Below are positions 1 to 12,400 of a stretch of DNA of 64,000 nt, piece by piece (position 1 is the first letter of the stretch; each line of letters begins with the position of its first letter). A model generated the notes under the pieces. That model saw only the letters and a program-made list of their open reading frames with translations. It did not search any database and had not been told where the DNA came from. Origin of the DNA: Mobula hypostoma. Lineage: Eukaryota. The stretch is from positions 92,630,001 to 92,694,000 of the forward strand of contig NC_086107.1 in NCBI RefSeq assembly GCF_963921235.1. The letters run 5' to 3'. Made by a program: the position numbers and the translations under genes.

Positions 1-279
1 ATTAAAGGGAGTCTGGCCAGAGATTTCGGAATTATTGATGCCTCCTCCACTGTAAGCAGTGCTCAATGTCTCTGCTCTTTCTCTTCCGAGGGGGTGGAAT
101 AGGAAAAGCAGCAGGGTTTCATACTGCCGTGTCGTTGCCATTGTTCCAGCTTTGACAAGACCATGAGAAGGGCCTGGACTGGCCAGTCCACAGCAACAAC
201 GTTCCCCAGATCTGCAGGATAAAGAGGGGCTGCTCCTGACTCCTCACCCAGCCACCAAACCCTCTCACCAGGAACACCA

Positions 280-930
280 AACCGAGCACGAAATCTGACG
301 GAACGAAGGGTGGATGACTCCCAGCCCAGTCCGCGTCCGGGCTTGGTGGCGGAACATTTTGGGTCTCGTTCACCGGCACGCGGCTTGCCCGAAGTCCCGG
401 AAGAATTATACCAGAATCCAGATCCAACGAGGTGCCTCCTCTCCTAAGTGGAAGATCACGGACTCACTAGCTGAGGATCAAGGGTTGGGATTCACCCAGC
501 AAGGTCCGCCTCTCTCAGTCCAGGCTTTCGGAAGGCCTGACGAGGACAGTCCTCTTGCCCCTTGTTAGAGTTCGGGGTAGCCTCCGAGTTGACTTTTCAC
601 CGGGATTCTAGGCCCAGCTCCCTGCCCTTGCCGCCTGCCCGCCCGCCGCCTGTGTGATGCTGTGCCGAGATGTCGGGCGATGGGGAGGAAGAGCTGTGCC
701 GCAACGCGCTGGCGCTGGTCAATGAACTCTGCTTCAGCATCCGGGGCAATCACAACAATGAGAAGTGCATCGAGTTCTCCTACCTCCTCCGGGACCGGGA
801 CCGCACACGCCACATCGAGACAGGTAATGTCACCCATCGCCTCCCAGTACCCCCCTCCCTGTCACCATCCCCACCCCCACTCCCCCCACCCGGCCTCTCA
901 CCACACGGGACAGAGGCCATTCTGCCCGTT
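280..930. promoter_or_regulatory. CpG-rich, repeat-free region around the SYT3 start codon (5'UTR / CpG-island-like)
   Basis: Visibly higher GC and CpG density than the introns; no TE homology. The TSS cannot be located from sequence. Confidence 0.45.
670..823 (+). CDS. SYT3: Synaptotagmin-3 coding exon 1 (luminal N-terminus with Cys10/Cys21/Cys33)
   Basis: ATG at 670; MSGDGEEELCRNALALVNELC...RHIET resembles the SYT3/ray synaptotagmin-C N-terminus. Donor CAG|GTAATG after 823, phase 1; G + AT of the next exon gives Asp. Confidence 0.95.
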
Positions 931-1089
931 GTGCCTGTGATAGCCCTTGGAAGGCCTGAATGACTGACACCATCCTTTGCTTTATTGTCAGTTTTTTCAG
1001 GGATAGATGGGGGTGGGAGATCGGGTGGTATTTACACATATACAGTACATTGAACTGAAGGGTAGGGCAGGGGTAAGGTGTGTGCAGGG

Positions 1090-1745
1090 GAATCAGGATC
1101 AAAATTAGGTTATTATCACTGACATATGCTGTGACACTTGTGTTTTTTTGTCGCAGCAGTACACTGTTACACTTAAAATGTACTATAAATTACAATAAGA
1201 AATATATATATATAAAATAATCCATATGAAAGATATGTATATGTTTATATCTGTAAAATGTGTGTAGGGTGTATACATATGTATATACTGTGTGTGTATG
1301 TGTATATATAAGTAGTGCAGGCAAAAGGAGATAAAGAAAACTTAGTGAGGTTGTGTTCATGGGTTCATTGTCCAGTCAGGAATCTGATGTCAGAGAGGAT
1401 GAAGCTGTTCCTGGAGTGTTGTGCGTGAGTCTTCAGCCTCCTGTACCTCCGCCCTGAGGGGAGTAATGGGGGGGGGCATGTCCTGGGTGGTGGGTGTCCT
1501 TAATAATGGAAGTGGTCTTCCCGAGGAATCGCCTTTTGAAGGCGTCCTGGATGATGGGGAGGCTGGTGCCCATGATGGAGCTGGCTGAGTTGACAACTCT
1601 CTGCAGCCTTCTCTGATCTTGTGCAGAGGCCACTCCAACGCAGACGGTGATGCAACCACTCAGAATGCTTCCCACAGAACGTCTGTGGAGATTTTCTGGA
1701 GCCTTTGGTGACATAGCAGATCTCCTCAAGCCCATAAGGCTCCTC
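1090..1745 (-). mobile_element. Rex1/Babar-like LINE 3' fragment
   Basis: Decayed ...SILSGCITV...LQRVVNSASSIMGTSLP... (ORF 1433-1777) plus an AT-rich 3'UTR shared with other copies. Confidence 0.75.
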
Positions 1746-1749
1746 AAAG

Positions 1750-2258
1750 TCAGTGGTCCTCTGCGGCTGTACCCCATCCACTTGAAGGTTCAATGTGTCC
1801 TGCATTCAGAGATGCTCTTCTGCCCACCACTGTTGTAATCTGTGGTTATTAGAGTTATTGTCACCTTCTTGTCAGCTTCAACCAGTCTGGCCGTTCTCCT
1901 CTGACCTCTCTCATTATCAAGCCACTTTCGATCAGAAAACTGCCACTCACCGGATCCTTTTATTTTGTTTTTCACACCAGTCACTGTAAACTTCAGAGAC
2001 GATAGTGCCTGAAAATCCCAGGAGATCAGCAGTTTCTGAGTTTCTCAAACCAATCCACCTGGCACCAACAATCAATCTGCGGTCAGTTGCTTAGCTCCCA
2101 TTTCTTCCCCATTCCGATGTTTGGTCTGAACAACAACTGAACCTCTTGACCACGTCCGCATGCTTTTATGCATTGAGTTGCTGCCACGTGATTGGCTGAT
2201 TAGATGTTTGCATTATTGAGCAGGTGTAGAGTGAATGTAATAGAGTGGCTACTGAGTG
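1750..2258 (-). mobile_element. Tc1-like non-autonomous transposon (partial)
   Basis: Encodes ERGQRRTARLVEADKKVTITLITTDYNSG (Tc1 HTH region); right TIR taatagagtggctactgagtg. Confidence 0.8.
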
Positions 2259-2282
2259 TTTAGCCACTGGCCCGAATTGGAT

Positions 2283-2545
2283 GCCACAGTAGCGTAGCGG
2301 TTATTGCGATGGGCCATTCCAGAGTTCGAAGTTCAATTCAGATGTCGTTCTGTAAGGAGTCTGTACATCCTCCCTGTGGAATGCGTGTGTTTTCTCCGGG
2401 TCCTCCCGTTTCCTCCACAGTCTAAAGACGTACCAGACAGGTGAATTGGTCACTGTAAATTGCCCCGTGATTAGGTTGGGGTTAATCGGGTTTGCCGGGG
2501 GTTAAAGGGGCGAAATGGCTCGAAGTGTTTTGCTGGGGCTGGCCA
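2283..2545 (+). mobile_element. tRNA-derived SINE with V-SINE/HE1-like core
   Basis: A/B-box-like head (tagcgtagcgg...gttcaattc) and a ...tttctccggg..ctcc.gtttcctccacagtc.aaagac core. Related copies near 5465-5690(-), 18040-18215(-), 23135-23420(+), 36760-37030(-), 39180-39390(+), 41845-42120(-), 51140-51310(+), 56130-56365(-), 60260-60530(+). Confidence 0.7.
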
Positions 2546-4124
2546 TTGTATGAACGCCCTTTTATGCTGCTGTACCTGGAGTGCCCACAATGGAACTGAC
2601 GGAGCTGACGAGCGTTTCTCTGAACCCTCTGGAGAATGGCAGAGTTAGCGAGGGAAGAGGGGAGGGGAGAAGGAGCAACTGCGGGTGGGGGCGAGGAGGT
2701 GTAGGTCTGAGTGAGGGTGATGCTTGGTGACATAGGGGAGGGCCGAGTGAAGTGGTAAAACTAGTTGGTAACTAATGTTATTATTGCCATTTGTACTGAG
2801 GTACAGGGAAAAACATTTATTGTTGTCATCCATAGACATCATTTCATTAAGTTCAAAGTAAATTTATTATCAAAGTACATATATTGTATGTCAACATATA
2901 TAACTCTTAGATTAATTTTCTTGTGGACATACTCAATAGAATAATAACCATAATATAATCAATGAAAGACCACAGCAACTTGAGTGTTCAACCGGCGTGC
3001 AAAAGACAACAAACTGTGCACATACAAAAAGAAAGAAAGGAAGAAAGAAAGAAATAAGCAATAAACATTAAGAACATGAAATGAAGAGTCCCTGAAAGTG
3101 AGACCAAAGGTTGTGGGAATATTTCAATGATGTGACAAGCGAAGTTATCTCTTTTGGTTCAAGAGCCTGATTGTTGGCGGGTATTATTTGTTCCTGAACC
3201 TGGTGGTGTGAATCCTGAGGCTGATTATGTCAGTACATTGAAAACAATAACAGAATGCAGAGTAGGGTCGCTGAAACAAGCCCTTCGGCCCAACATGGCC
3301 ATGCTGACCACATCATCATCCCTCCCATAACCCTCCAATCCCCTCCATTCCATGAACCTATCCATATACCTCTTAAATGTTGCAATTATACCCACTTCAT
3401 CTGCCTCATTTGGCAGCTCATTCCTGGTACGCACTACCTTCTGTGCAAAGAAGTTACTTCTCAGGTCTCTTTCCAATCAGAGAATCTGACGGGAAGAGTA
3501 GGGTACAGGGAAAACTGTGGAAGAGGGTGCTGAAGCGTGATCTCTCTGTGAGATGGCGCGGGTATGGTGGGTTGAGCAGCTGGGGAAATCTGGACACATC
3601 TTCTACTCCATAGAAGCAAATTGCCCTCTGCCCCGAGGAACCGCTTCTGAAGCAAATGTTAAGGTGCTCCCTTTAGAGGGGAGCACAGGGAACAAAGGCA
3701 GGAGTGGGTCACTTGGGCCATCAACACTCTGCAGATTCTATAAGTCCAGAGCAGTACACACAATACAGAGATTGAGTAACTCGTCCACCTATCACCTCCC
3801 CAGCTTCTGACTTCATTCTCCCTCCCCACCCACCCACTTTCCCTTTCACCGGGTCTCACCTATCACATGCCAGACTGTACACCTTCCCTTCCTTCCACCT
3901 TCTTATTCTGGCTTCTTCCCCCTTCCTTTCCAGTCCTGGTGAAGGTATTCATCCCAGAACGTTCATTGCTTATTGGTCTCTATGGATGCTGCCTGGCCTG
4001 CTGAGTTCCTCAAAGATTTTGTGTGTGTTGCCTTGATCAGGGTCATTGGGTCGACTCTACTTCTCACACGATCCTATTCCTTCTCAGCTTCCTCACCGAA
4101 TCAGTCCTTACTTTAGGTTTGACA

Positions 4125-4675
4125 CACTGCTGTGTTATGTTGAAGTTGTATAAGATGTTGATCAGGCAAAATTTGGAGCATTGTGTGCAGTTCTGGTCAC
4201 CTACCTACAGAAAAAATATCAATAAGATTGAAGTAGCGCAGAGAAAAATTTACGAGGATGTTGCCCAGACTTGAGGACCTAGGTTACAGGGAAAGATTGA
4301 ATGGGTTAGAACTTTATTCCTGGAGCATCGGGGAATGAGGTGAGATTTGACAGAGATATGCGAAATTATGAGGGGTATAGATAGGGTAAACGAAAACATG
4401 CTTTTTCCAGGTTAGGTGAGACTCGAACTAGAGGTCATGAGTTAAGGGTGAAAGGTGAAATGTTTAAGGGAAACGTGAGGGTGACCTTCTTTGCTTGAGA
4501 GTGTGGATCGAGCATGTTTGATTCAACGTTTAAGTGAAATTTGGATAAGTACCTGGATGGGAGGGGTATGGGGGGGCTTATGATCCAGGTGAGGGTCAAT
4601 GGGACTGGATAGAATGAAAGTTTGGTATGGACTAGATGGGCTGAAGGGCTTGCTTCTCTGCTGTATGACTCGACA
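4125..4675 (+). mobile_element. CR1 LINE 3' fragment
   Basis: MLKLYKMLIRQNLEHCVQFWSPTYRK motif and CR1 3'UTR. Confidence 0.85.
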
Positions 4676-6096
4676 ACTTCTCAGTCGCACCCTGGAAGCA
4701 CACATCCGCAGCCTTCAATAGCGCAGAGAACTGCAGAGCTTTCTGCAAACAGGAATTTCCTCCAGCCTCTGTCCAGTGGGCTCCTCCTTACATGCAGAAA
4801 TAAGCCACGACAGAGTTAACCTGGAATTAGGACTGTCCAAGGATGGAGAATTGGTTTCTTCCCACGATGAAAATCAGTCAAACTTTTATAACAATCTGCT
4901 GGCTTAATGACTGCCATTTTTCTTTCCAAATCCAATTCTCTTTAATTGATTGAATTAAAATTCCCCCGGAGGACTCAATCTCATTGTTCTCGATTCAGGT
5001 CTCTGAATTACTGGTACTGTTAGAAATCAACTATGTTTTGACATCCTCCCCCCAGCCAGGGACAAGAGAGGAACAACGGTTGGACATTGGGGGAGATGAA
5101 CTTTTTTCCACTTTAAAATCATAGGACGCAGAACACAGAACACAGACACACAACAGTACAACACAGGACCAGGCCCTTCAACGCAGGATGTCTATACTGA
5201 ACATATGCTGAATTATTCTCATCCCTTCTGCCCAGACATGATTCATATCTCTCCAGTTCCCATATATTCATGTGTCTGTCTAACAGTATCTTGAACAGCT
5301 CTATTGTATCTGCCCCCACCACCACCCCCTGATCGTGCCCTGATCCAGGAACCCACCACTCTCAGTGTAAGTAAAAACTTGCCCTGCACATCTCCTTTGA
5401 AGTTACCCCCTTTCACCTTAAATAAAGTTTAAGATTAAAACGTACTGTGAAATATTTGATAGCATCAAATCAAATCAGTGAGGATTGTGCTGGGCAGCCT
5501 GCAAGTTTGGCTAGTCTTAAGGCGCCAACATAACATGCCCACCAGTCACTAACCCTAACCATACATTTTTGGACTGTGGGTGGAAACCAGAGCATCTGGA
5601 GGAAATCCACATGGTCATAGGGAAGATGAACAAACTCCTTAAAGACAGTGGCGGGAATTGAACCCTGATCGCTGGCCACCGCACCACCCTCATGACGTCT
5701 CTACCTTGGGGTAAAGGATTCAGGCTGCCTACTCTATCTTCCTCTCTCTCATAATTCTGTTAACATTTTTTGTTAGAAAATTTTTTGTTTTCTCCAGAGA
5801 AAACAACCCATTTTTTGTCCACCCTCTCATTGTCGATCATAGCCTCTAAACCAGGCAGCACCCTGCTGAACCTCTTCTGCACTATCTCCAACCCATCAAT
5901 GTCCTTCGACCAGAACTGCATGCAATAACGTCATGAGATCCTTTACTTCACCCTGAGAGGGCAGCGGACCCCTTGGCTTATTGTACCTTCAACACCCTCA
6001 ATACCACTTCAGTTCATTAGTTCTCTGCAGTGGGTCCACATTGCAGGCAGGAGGGGAGAGCATCCCCAATAAGTTGAGGTATCCAACGCACAGATA

Positions 6097-7310
6097 TAAC
6101 CACATAACAATTACAGCACGGAAACAGGCCATCTCGGCCCTTCTAGTCCGTGCCGAACTCTTACCCTATCCTAGTCCCACCAACCTGAACTCAGCCCATA
6201 ACCCTCCAATCCTTTCCTGTCCATATATCTATCCAATTTAACTTTAAACGCCAACATAGAACCTGCCTCAACCACTTCTGCTGGAAGCTCGTTCCACACA
6301 GCTACCACTCTCTGAGTAAAGAAGCCCCCCTCATGTTACCCCTAAACTTCTGTCCTCTAACACGCAACCCATGTCCTCTTGTTTGAATCTTCCCCACTCT
6401 CAATGGAAAAAGTCTAACCACGTCAACTCTATCAATCCCCCTCATAATCTTAAACACCTCTATCAAGTCCCCACTCAACCATCTACACTCCAAAGAATAA
6501 AGACCTAACTTGTTCAACCTTTCTCTGTAACTTAGGAGAAGAAACCCGGGCAACATTTTAGTAAACCTCCTCTGTACTCTCTCAATTTTATTGACATCTT
6601 TCCTATAATTCGGTGACCAGAACTGTACACAATACTCCAGATTTGGCCTTACCAATGCCTTATACAAATTCAACATTACATCCCAACTCCTATACTCAAT
6701 GCTCTGATTAATAAAGTCAAGCAAACCAAAAGCTTTCTTCACCACCCTATCCACATGAGATTCCATCTTCAGGGAACTATGCACCATTATTCCTAGATCC
6801 CTCCGTTCTAGAGCATTCTTTAATGCCCTACCATTTACCATGTATGTCCTATTTTGATTAGTTCTACCAAAATGTAGCACCTCACATTTTTCTGCATTAA
6901 ACTCCGTCTGCCATCTTTCAGCCCACTCTTCTAACTGTCCTAAATCTCTCTGCAAGTTTTGAAAACCTACCTCATCATCCACGACACCAACTATCTTAGT
7001 ATCATCTGCATACTTACTAATCCAATTTACCACCCCATCATCCAGATCATTAATATATATTACAAACAACATTGGACCCAATACAGATCCCTGAGGCACA
7101 CCGCTACACACCGTCCTCCAATCTGACACACGGTTATCGACCACTACTCTCTGGCGTCTCCCATCTAGCCACTGCTGAATGCATTTAACTACTTCCATAT
7201 TAATGCCTAACGATTGAACCTTCCTAACTAACCTTCCATGTGGAACCTTGTCAAAGGCCTTACTGAAGTCCATATAAACAATATCCACCGTTTTACCCTC
7301 GTCAACTTTC
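6097..7310 (-). mobile_element. CR1 LINE, young, 5'-truncated (RT C-terminal half + 3'UTR)
   Basis: ORF 6302-7288 with [25 protein letters not shown] and LEYCVQFWSP; frameshift near the C-terminus. Confidence 0.95.
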
Positions 7311-7359
7311 TTAAGAAAGTTGAGATACCTGTATAAAATGTGCTAAAACTTTAATGACA

Positions 7360-7600
7360 CCCAGAACAACATACATAAAATGCTGGAGGAACTCAGTAGG
7401 CCAGGCAACATCTATGGAGAGGAATAAACAGTCATTGTTTTGGGCCGAAACCCTTCATTTGTCCCGATGAAGAGTCTTGGCCCGAAACGTCAACTGTTTA
7501 TTCCTCTCCATAGATGTTTCCTGACCTGCTGAGTTCCTCCAGCAGTTTTTGTGTGTGTTGCTCCGGATTTCCAGCATCTGCAGAATCTCTTGTGTTTATG
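7360..7600. mobile_element. PLE-terminus fold-back unit centred on hammerhead motifs
   Basis: Inverted arms at about 7378-7458 and 7467-7547; flanking repeat aatgaca at 7353-7359 and 7601-7607. Confidence 0.8.
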
Positions 7601-9534
7601 AATGACATGCAAGTGTGTCTCAGCTGGAGAAGATCAGAGGAGGTTCTAGACCAGTAATTTATTGATACTGGGATCATTTATTACTGTCATATGTACCAGG
7701 ATACAATGAAAAACTTGTCTTGCATTCTGTTCATGCAGATCAAATCATTACACAATGCATCGAGACAGAACAAGGTAAAACAGTAACAGAATGCAGAATA
7801 ATGTGCCCACAGAGAGAGTGCAGTGCAGGTAAACAATGAAGTGCACGATCATAACGAGGTAGATTGAAAGGTGCATTATTATACTAGGGACTCAACTACC
7901 ATTGTTCTGAACCTATATTACAGAAAATAATAAGGACCCAGAATGGTGGATTTTATACAGGATACATTCAGAAAGTAGTTGATTTATCAGAAAAGGGAGA
8001 TGGTGATGTTACATTTTCCATCTTATTGTACGAAAGCTCCATTCTGGAGTCTGATAACAATAGGTTTAATGTATGAGGAGCATTTGATGACTCTGAGCCC
8101 ATACTTGCTGGGGTCGATGGGGGGGAGGGGGTCCTCATTGAAACCCGTTGAATACTAAAGCCTAGATAGAGTAGGTGCAGAGAGATGGTTTCCTAAAGTG
8201 GGACGAGAGGATCTCGGAATACAAGGACATCCTCTAGAAGAGAGATGAGGGGAAATTTCTTTAGCCAGAGAATGAAGAATCTGTGGAATTCCTTGCCTCA
8301 AATGGCTGTGGAGGCCAAGTCATTGGGTATATTTAAAGCAGAGGTTGATAGGTTCTTGATTAGTAAGGGTAATGAAGGTTATGGGGAGAGGGCAGGAGAT
8401 TGGGAACGGATAATAAATCAGCCATGATGCGATGTCAGAACAAACTCGATGGACTAAATGGCCTAATTCTACTCTATGTCTTTTGGTCTTATGGAATAGA
8501 AGCCATCCTGTCAAACTGAAGGATTGTAGGTTGAGTGTCTTTCAGCCTTCCTCTGGCTCCCATTGTTTCCTCAGTTCCACAACCACCCCTTCCCCCTGAG
8601 ATTTGTAAAAGAAAATCTGTGGTATGGCAGGACTGGGATTTCCAATAAATGTGCGGAGGTTTCCTGTACATAGAAGTCCTATTCATGGACCTGCCTAGGA
8701 GATTGGGAAACTCTGAAGGGGTCATTGGTCAGCAGGACTATAGTGGGATGAAGTCTTGTTTCTGTATTATAGGACTCTGAAGGCAAGCGCAGCTGATGAA
8801 AGCTTCCTTGTATGCTCAATGATTGGCTTACAAGATTCTTGCAGCGGCTGCTTGGAGGGCGGGATGGTTCAGCTTGTTCATGGATTCAACAGGCATCAAT
8901 GAGGGTTCTGAAGAAACTGAGGGATGGAAGAAGCTTAGTGAGACTGACCAAGGACATCCTCTCAAGCCTAGCCCCTAAATGCTTCTGCAGTCTGGTCCAT
9001 CCATGAAATTTAGTTAATTGCTAATTGAGAAAGGCATGGTTGTTGCAATTTTCTAATCCAGGGCCAGTCTTTGAGTAGGTTCAAAGCCCTGAGATTGATA
9101 GCTTACTTTGTTCCCTGAGGGACAAGGACAAACCAATTACAAAGAAAGCGGAAAAATATGTCCTCTTTATCACTAAGATACCCAACACCACCTTGTCTTA
9201 TAGATCATGAATGAATTCAGTGATGAGTTTGAACAATTGGAAACAGAGGGAGAATGAGACTCAATGGACTCAAACCCGGCCCAATTCTGCTGCTCATTTT
9301 AAAAATATGGCTTCATAATCTTGAATGAAACTTTCGCATTCATTAAGCACAGCCTCCACACATCCAACCTTAAATACTGGTGAGCATGGGCCAATCAACG
9401 ACGGAGGGCTAACCCAGAGATCCCCAAGGACTATGGGCAACATCATAACTAGGTCATTTGCTCGCGGTGTTGATCTGTGAAACTTCCTACTAAATGGCTT
9501 TTACATGTTCTGCTCTCTGGTCTCTAGTAAAAGC

Positions 9535-9870
9535 ACCAGAGATACTGCAGATGCTGGAAATCCAGAGCAACACACACAAAATACAGGAGGAGCTCAGCAG
9601 GACAGGCACCATCTATGGAGGAGAATGAACAGTCGAGGTTTCAGGCTGACACCCTCCATCAGGACTAGAAAGGTAGGGGGGTAGAGGCCAGAATAAGATC
9701 ATCTGCCAGCTTATATTCTTTCCTATCGCTCCCCCCCCATCTTCTTATTCTGGCTGCTGCCTCTGTCCATTCTAGTAGAGTTGCAGCCCAGAACGTCGAC
9801 TGCAAATTCTTCTCCATAGATGCTACCTGAACTGCTGAGTTCCTCCAGCATTTTGAATGTATTGCCAAGA
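9535..9870. mobile_element. PLE-terminus inverted pair
   Basis: Minus-strand terminus (about 9535-9698) followed by a plus-strand terminus (about 9700-9868), both with decayed hammerheads. Confidence 0.75.
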
Positions 9871-11249
9871 TTTATTGGCACTCATATATGTCATGAGAAT
9901 TGTTGTTTTGTAGTAGCGGTACAGCGCAAGACATAAAATTTAACATAAATTACAAATTTTACTAAGTAGAGTAAAGGATGGATGATGAGGCAGCATTCAC
10001 AGATTCACAGGCCCTTCAAACATCTGATGGCGGAGAGGAAGAAGCTGTTTTTGAAATGTTGTGTGAGTCTTCAGGCTCCTGAACCTCCTCCCTGATGGAA
10101 TGGACTTCATGAAGTAGAGCCGTGCAGAGATACAGCGCAGAAGCAGGCCCTTCAGCCCATTGAGTCCATACTGGCCCTCAACCATTGACTTACATTGCTC
10201 TTATCCTGACTCATTTTATTCTCCTCACACTCTCGTTATGACTCTGGGCCTGGACTTGCTGGAGTTTAGAAGTGGGGGGGGCAACTTATTGATACCTAGC
10301 AAATATTGAAAGGTCTAGATAGACTGGATGTGGAGAGGAGGTTTCCTGTAGTGGGGGAGCCTAGGAACAGACAGCACAGCCTCAGAATAGAAGTATGTCC
10401 CTTTAGAACAGGGATGAGCAGGAATTTCTTTAGCCTGGTGCTGCTGAATCTGTGGAATTCATTGCCACAGATAGCTGTGGAAGCCAAGTCACTGGGTATA
10501 TGTAGCGTGGAGGTTGATAGTCAGGACATTAAAGGTTATGGGGAGAAGGCAGGAAAATGGATCTGACAGGGAAAATAATCAACCATGATCAAATGGTGGA
10601 GCAGATATGATGGGCCGAATTCTGTTTCTACGTTTTAAGGTGCAGTGGTCTAACTCTCCACAACTTCTGCCATTCACTCACATGCTGGGGGCAAAGTACA
10701 GCAGATATTTAACCCACCAACCTGCACGTCTTTGGGTGTGGGACTTCCCAGCGGGAAGCCCAAACATTCACAGGTCATTGGGCAAACTTGACGTAAATGG
10801 CACCAGAGGTTGGATTTCTGGTGTTGAAAGGCGGGCTATGCCCCTGTGAAATCCCCCATAAGCAGGATAGTATGCCCCCCCCCACACACAGAGGTGACCT
10901 TTCACACCAAGGTAGAGATCCCACTATACCTAGCCCCATCAAAGCTGGCCTTGTCCCCATTGCTAAAATGACAGACCACCGATCGGCATCACAGCGGGAG
11001 AGTGACGTGCCAACACATTATGATTCTACTAGGAAGCCGGGGTTAAAATTGGGCCCATATTTGCAATGTTGATCCGAGGGATGTTGGTGCTAAAATGTCT
11101 CACTTTACATAACACCAGGAACTTCGCCGTCTGTGAGCCACCTGTTCTTTTTACAGATCTGTATCACAGATGCCGCCCTTGACACAAGTCGACTTTTTAT
11201 GACTGAGTTTCAAAAGTCTTCCAAGGGGGTGTTCTCCATTTGAAGCTCC

Positions 11250-12354
11250 ATTTAGCAGTACAAGCATGTAGCTTCCTGAAATTGGCGTCACGGGTAGGTA
11301 AAGTGGTAAAGGAGGCGTTTGGCACCTTGGCCTTCATTAGTCAGGGCACCGAGTGTAGGAGTTGGGACGTTATGCTGCAGTGAGACAAGATGTTAGTGTG
11401 GCTGCACCTGGTGTGTCATGTACAGTTTTGGTAACCTCGTTACAGGAACAGCGTCATTAAGCTGGAAAGGGTGCAGAGAAGGTTTACGCAAATGTCATCA
11501 GCGCTCAAGGGAACAGACTTCATTCCTTTGAGCAACACACACAAGTCACTGGAGGAACTGGGCAGGTCAGGCAGACTCGATGGAAACGAGTGGACAGTAG
11601 GCGTCTCAGGCCGAGACCCTTTGTCAGGACTGGAAAGGAAGGGGAAAGACGCCAGAATAAAAGGGTGGGAGGAGGGGAAGGAGGTTAGCTAGAAGGTGAA
11701 AGGTGAAGCCAGGTGGGAGGGAAGGGTTAAAGGCTGGAGAGGCAGGAATCTGATAGGAGATGAAAGCCGACCATTGGAGAAAGGGAGGAAGGAGGGGTAC
11801 CAGGGGGAGATAAGAGGCCAGAGTGGGGAATAGAAGAGGGGAGGGGGAGGGATTTTTTTTTATCGGAAGGATAATCAATATTCATGACATCAGGTTGGAG
11901 GCTACCCTGGCAGAATATAAGGTGTTGCTCCTCCACCCTGAAGGTGTCCTCCTTGTGGCATAACAGGAGGCCGTGCACGCCTTAGGAGCATGAGGCATGA
12001 TCTTAAAGAGGTGCCTAAAATCACGAGGGGAATAGATAGGGTGCCCTCAGGGAAAGGGATTCAGAAACAAACAGGCATAGATTCAAGGTGAGAGGGGAAT
12101 GATTTAACGGAGAGCTGGCGGTATATTCTTCATACCAAGGGTGATGGGGTACATGGAACAAGCTGCCAGAAGAAGTGGTTCCGAATTGGGATCAGAACCA
12201 GGTTTATTCTCACCAGCATGTGTCGTGAAATTTGTTAACTTGGCAGCAGCAGTACAATGCAATACGTGATAATATAGAAAAAAATAAGTAAATCAATTAC
12301 AGAGAGTATATATATGCATATTAAACAGTTCGATTAAAAATGCTGCAAAACGGA

Positions 12355-12400
<46 letters not shown>

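Noticed and set aside
6302..7288. 328-aa ORF as a host gene or active LINE
   Set aside because: 5'-truncated CR1 RT with no endonuclease and a frameshifted C-terminus.
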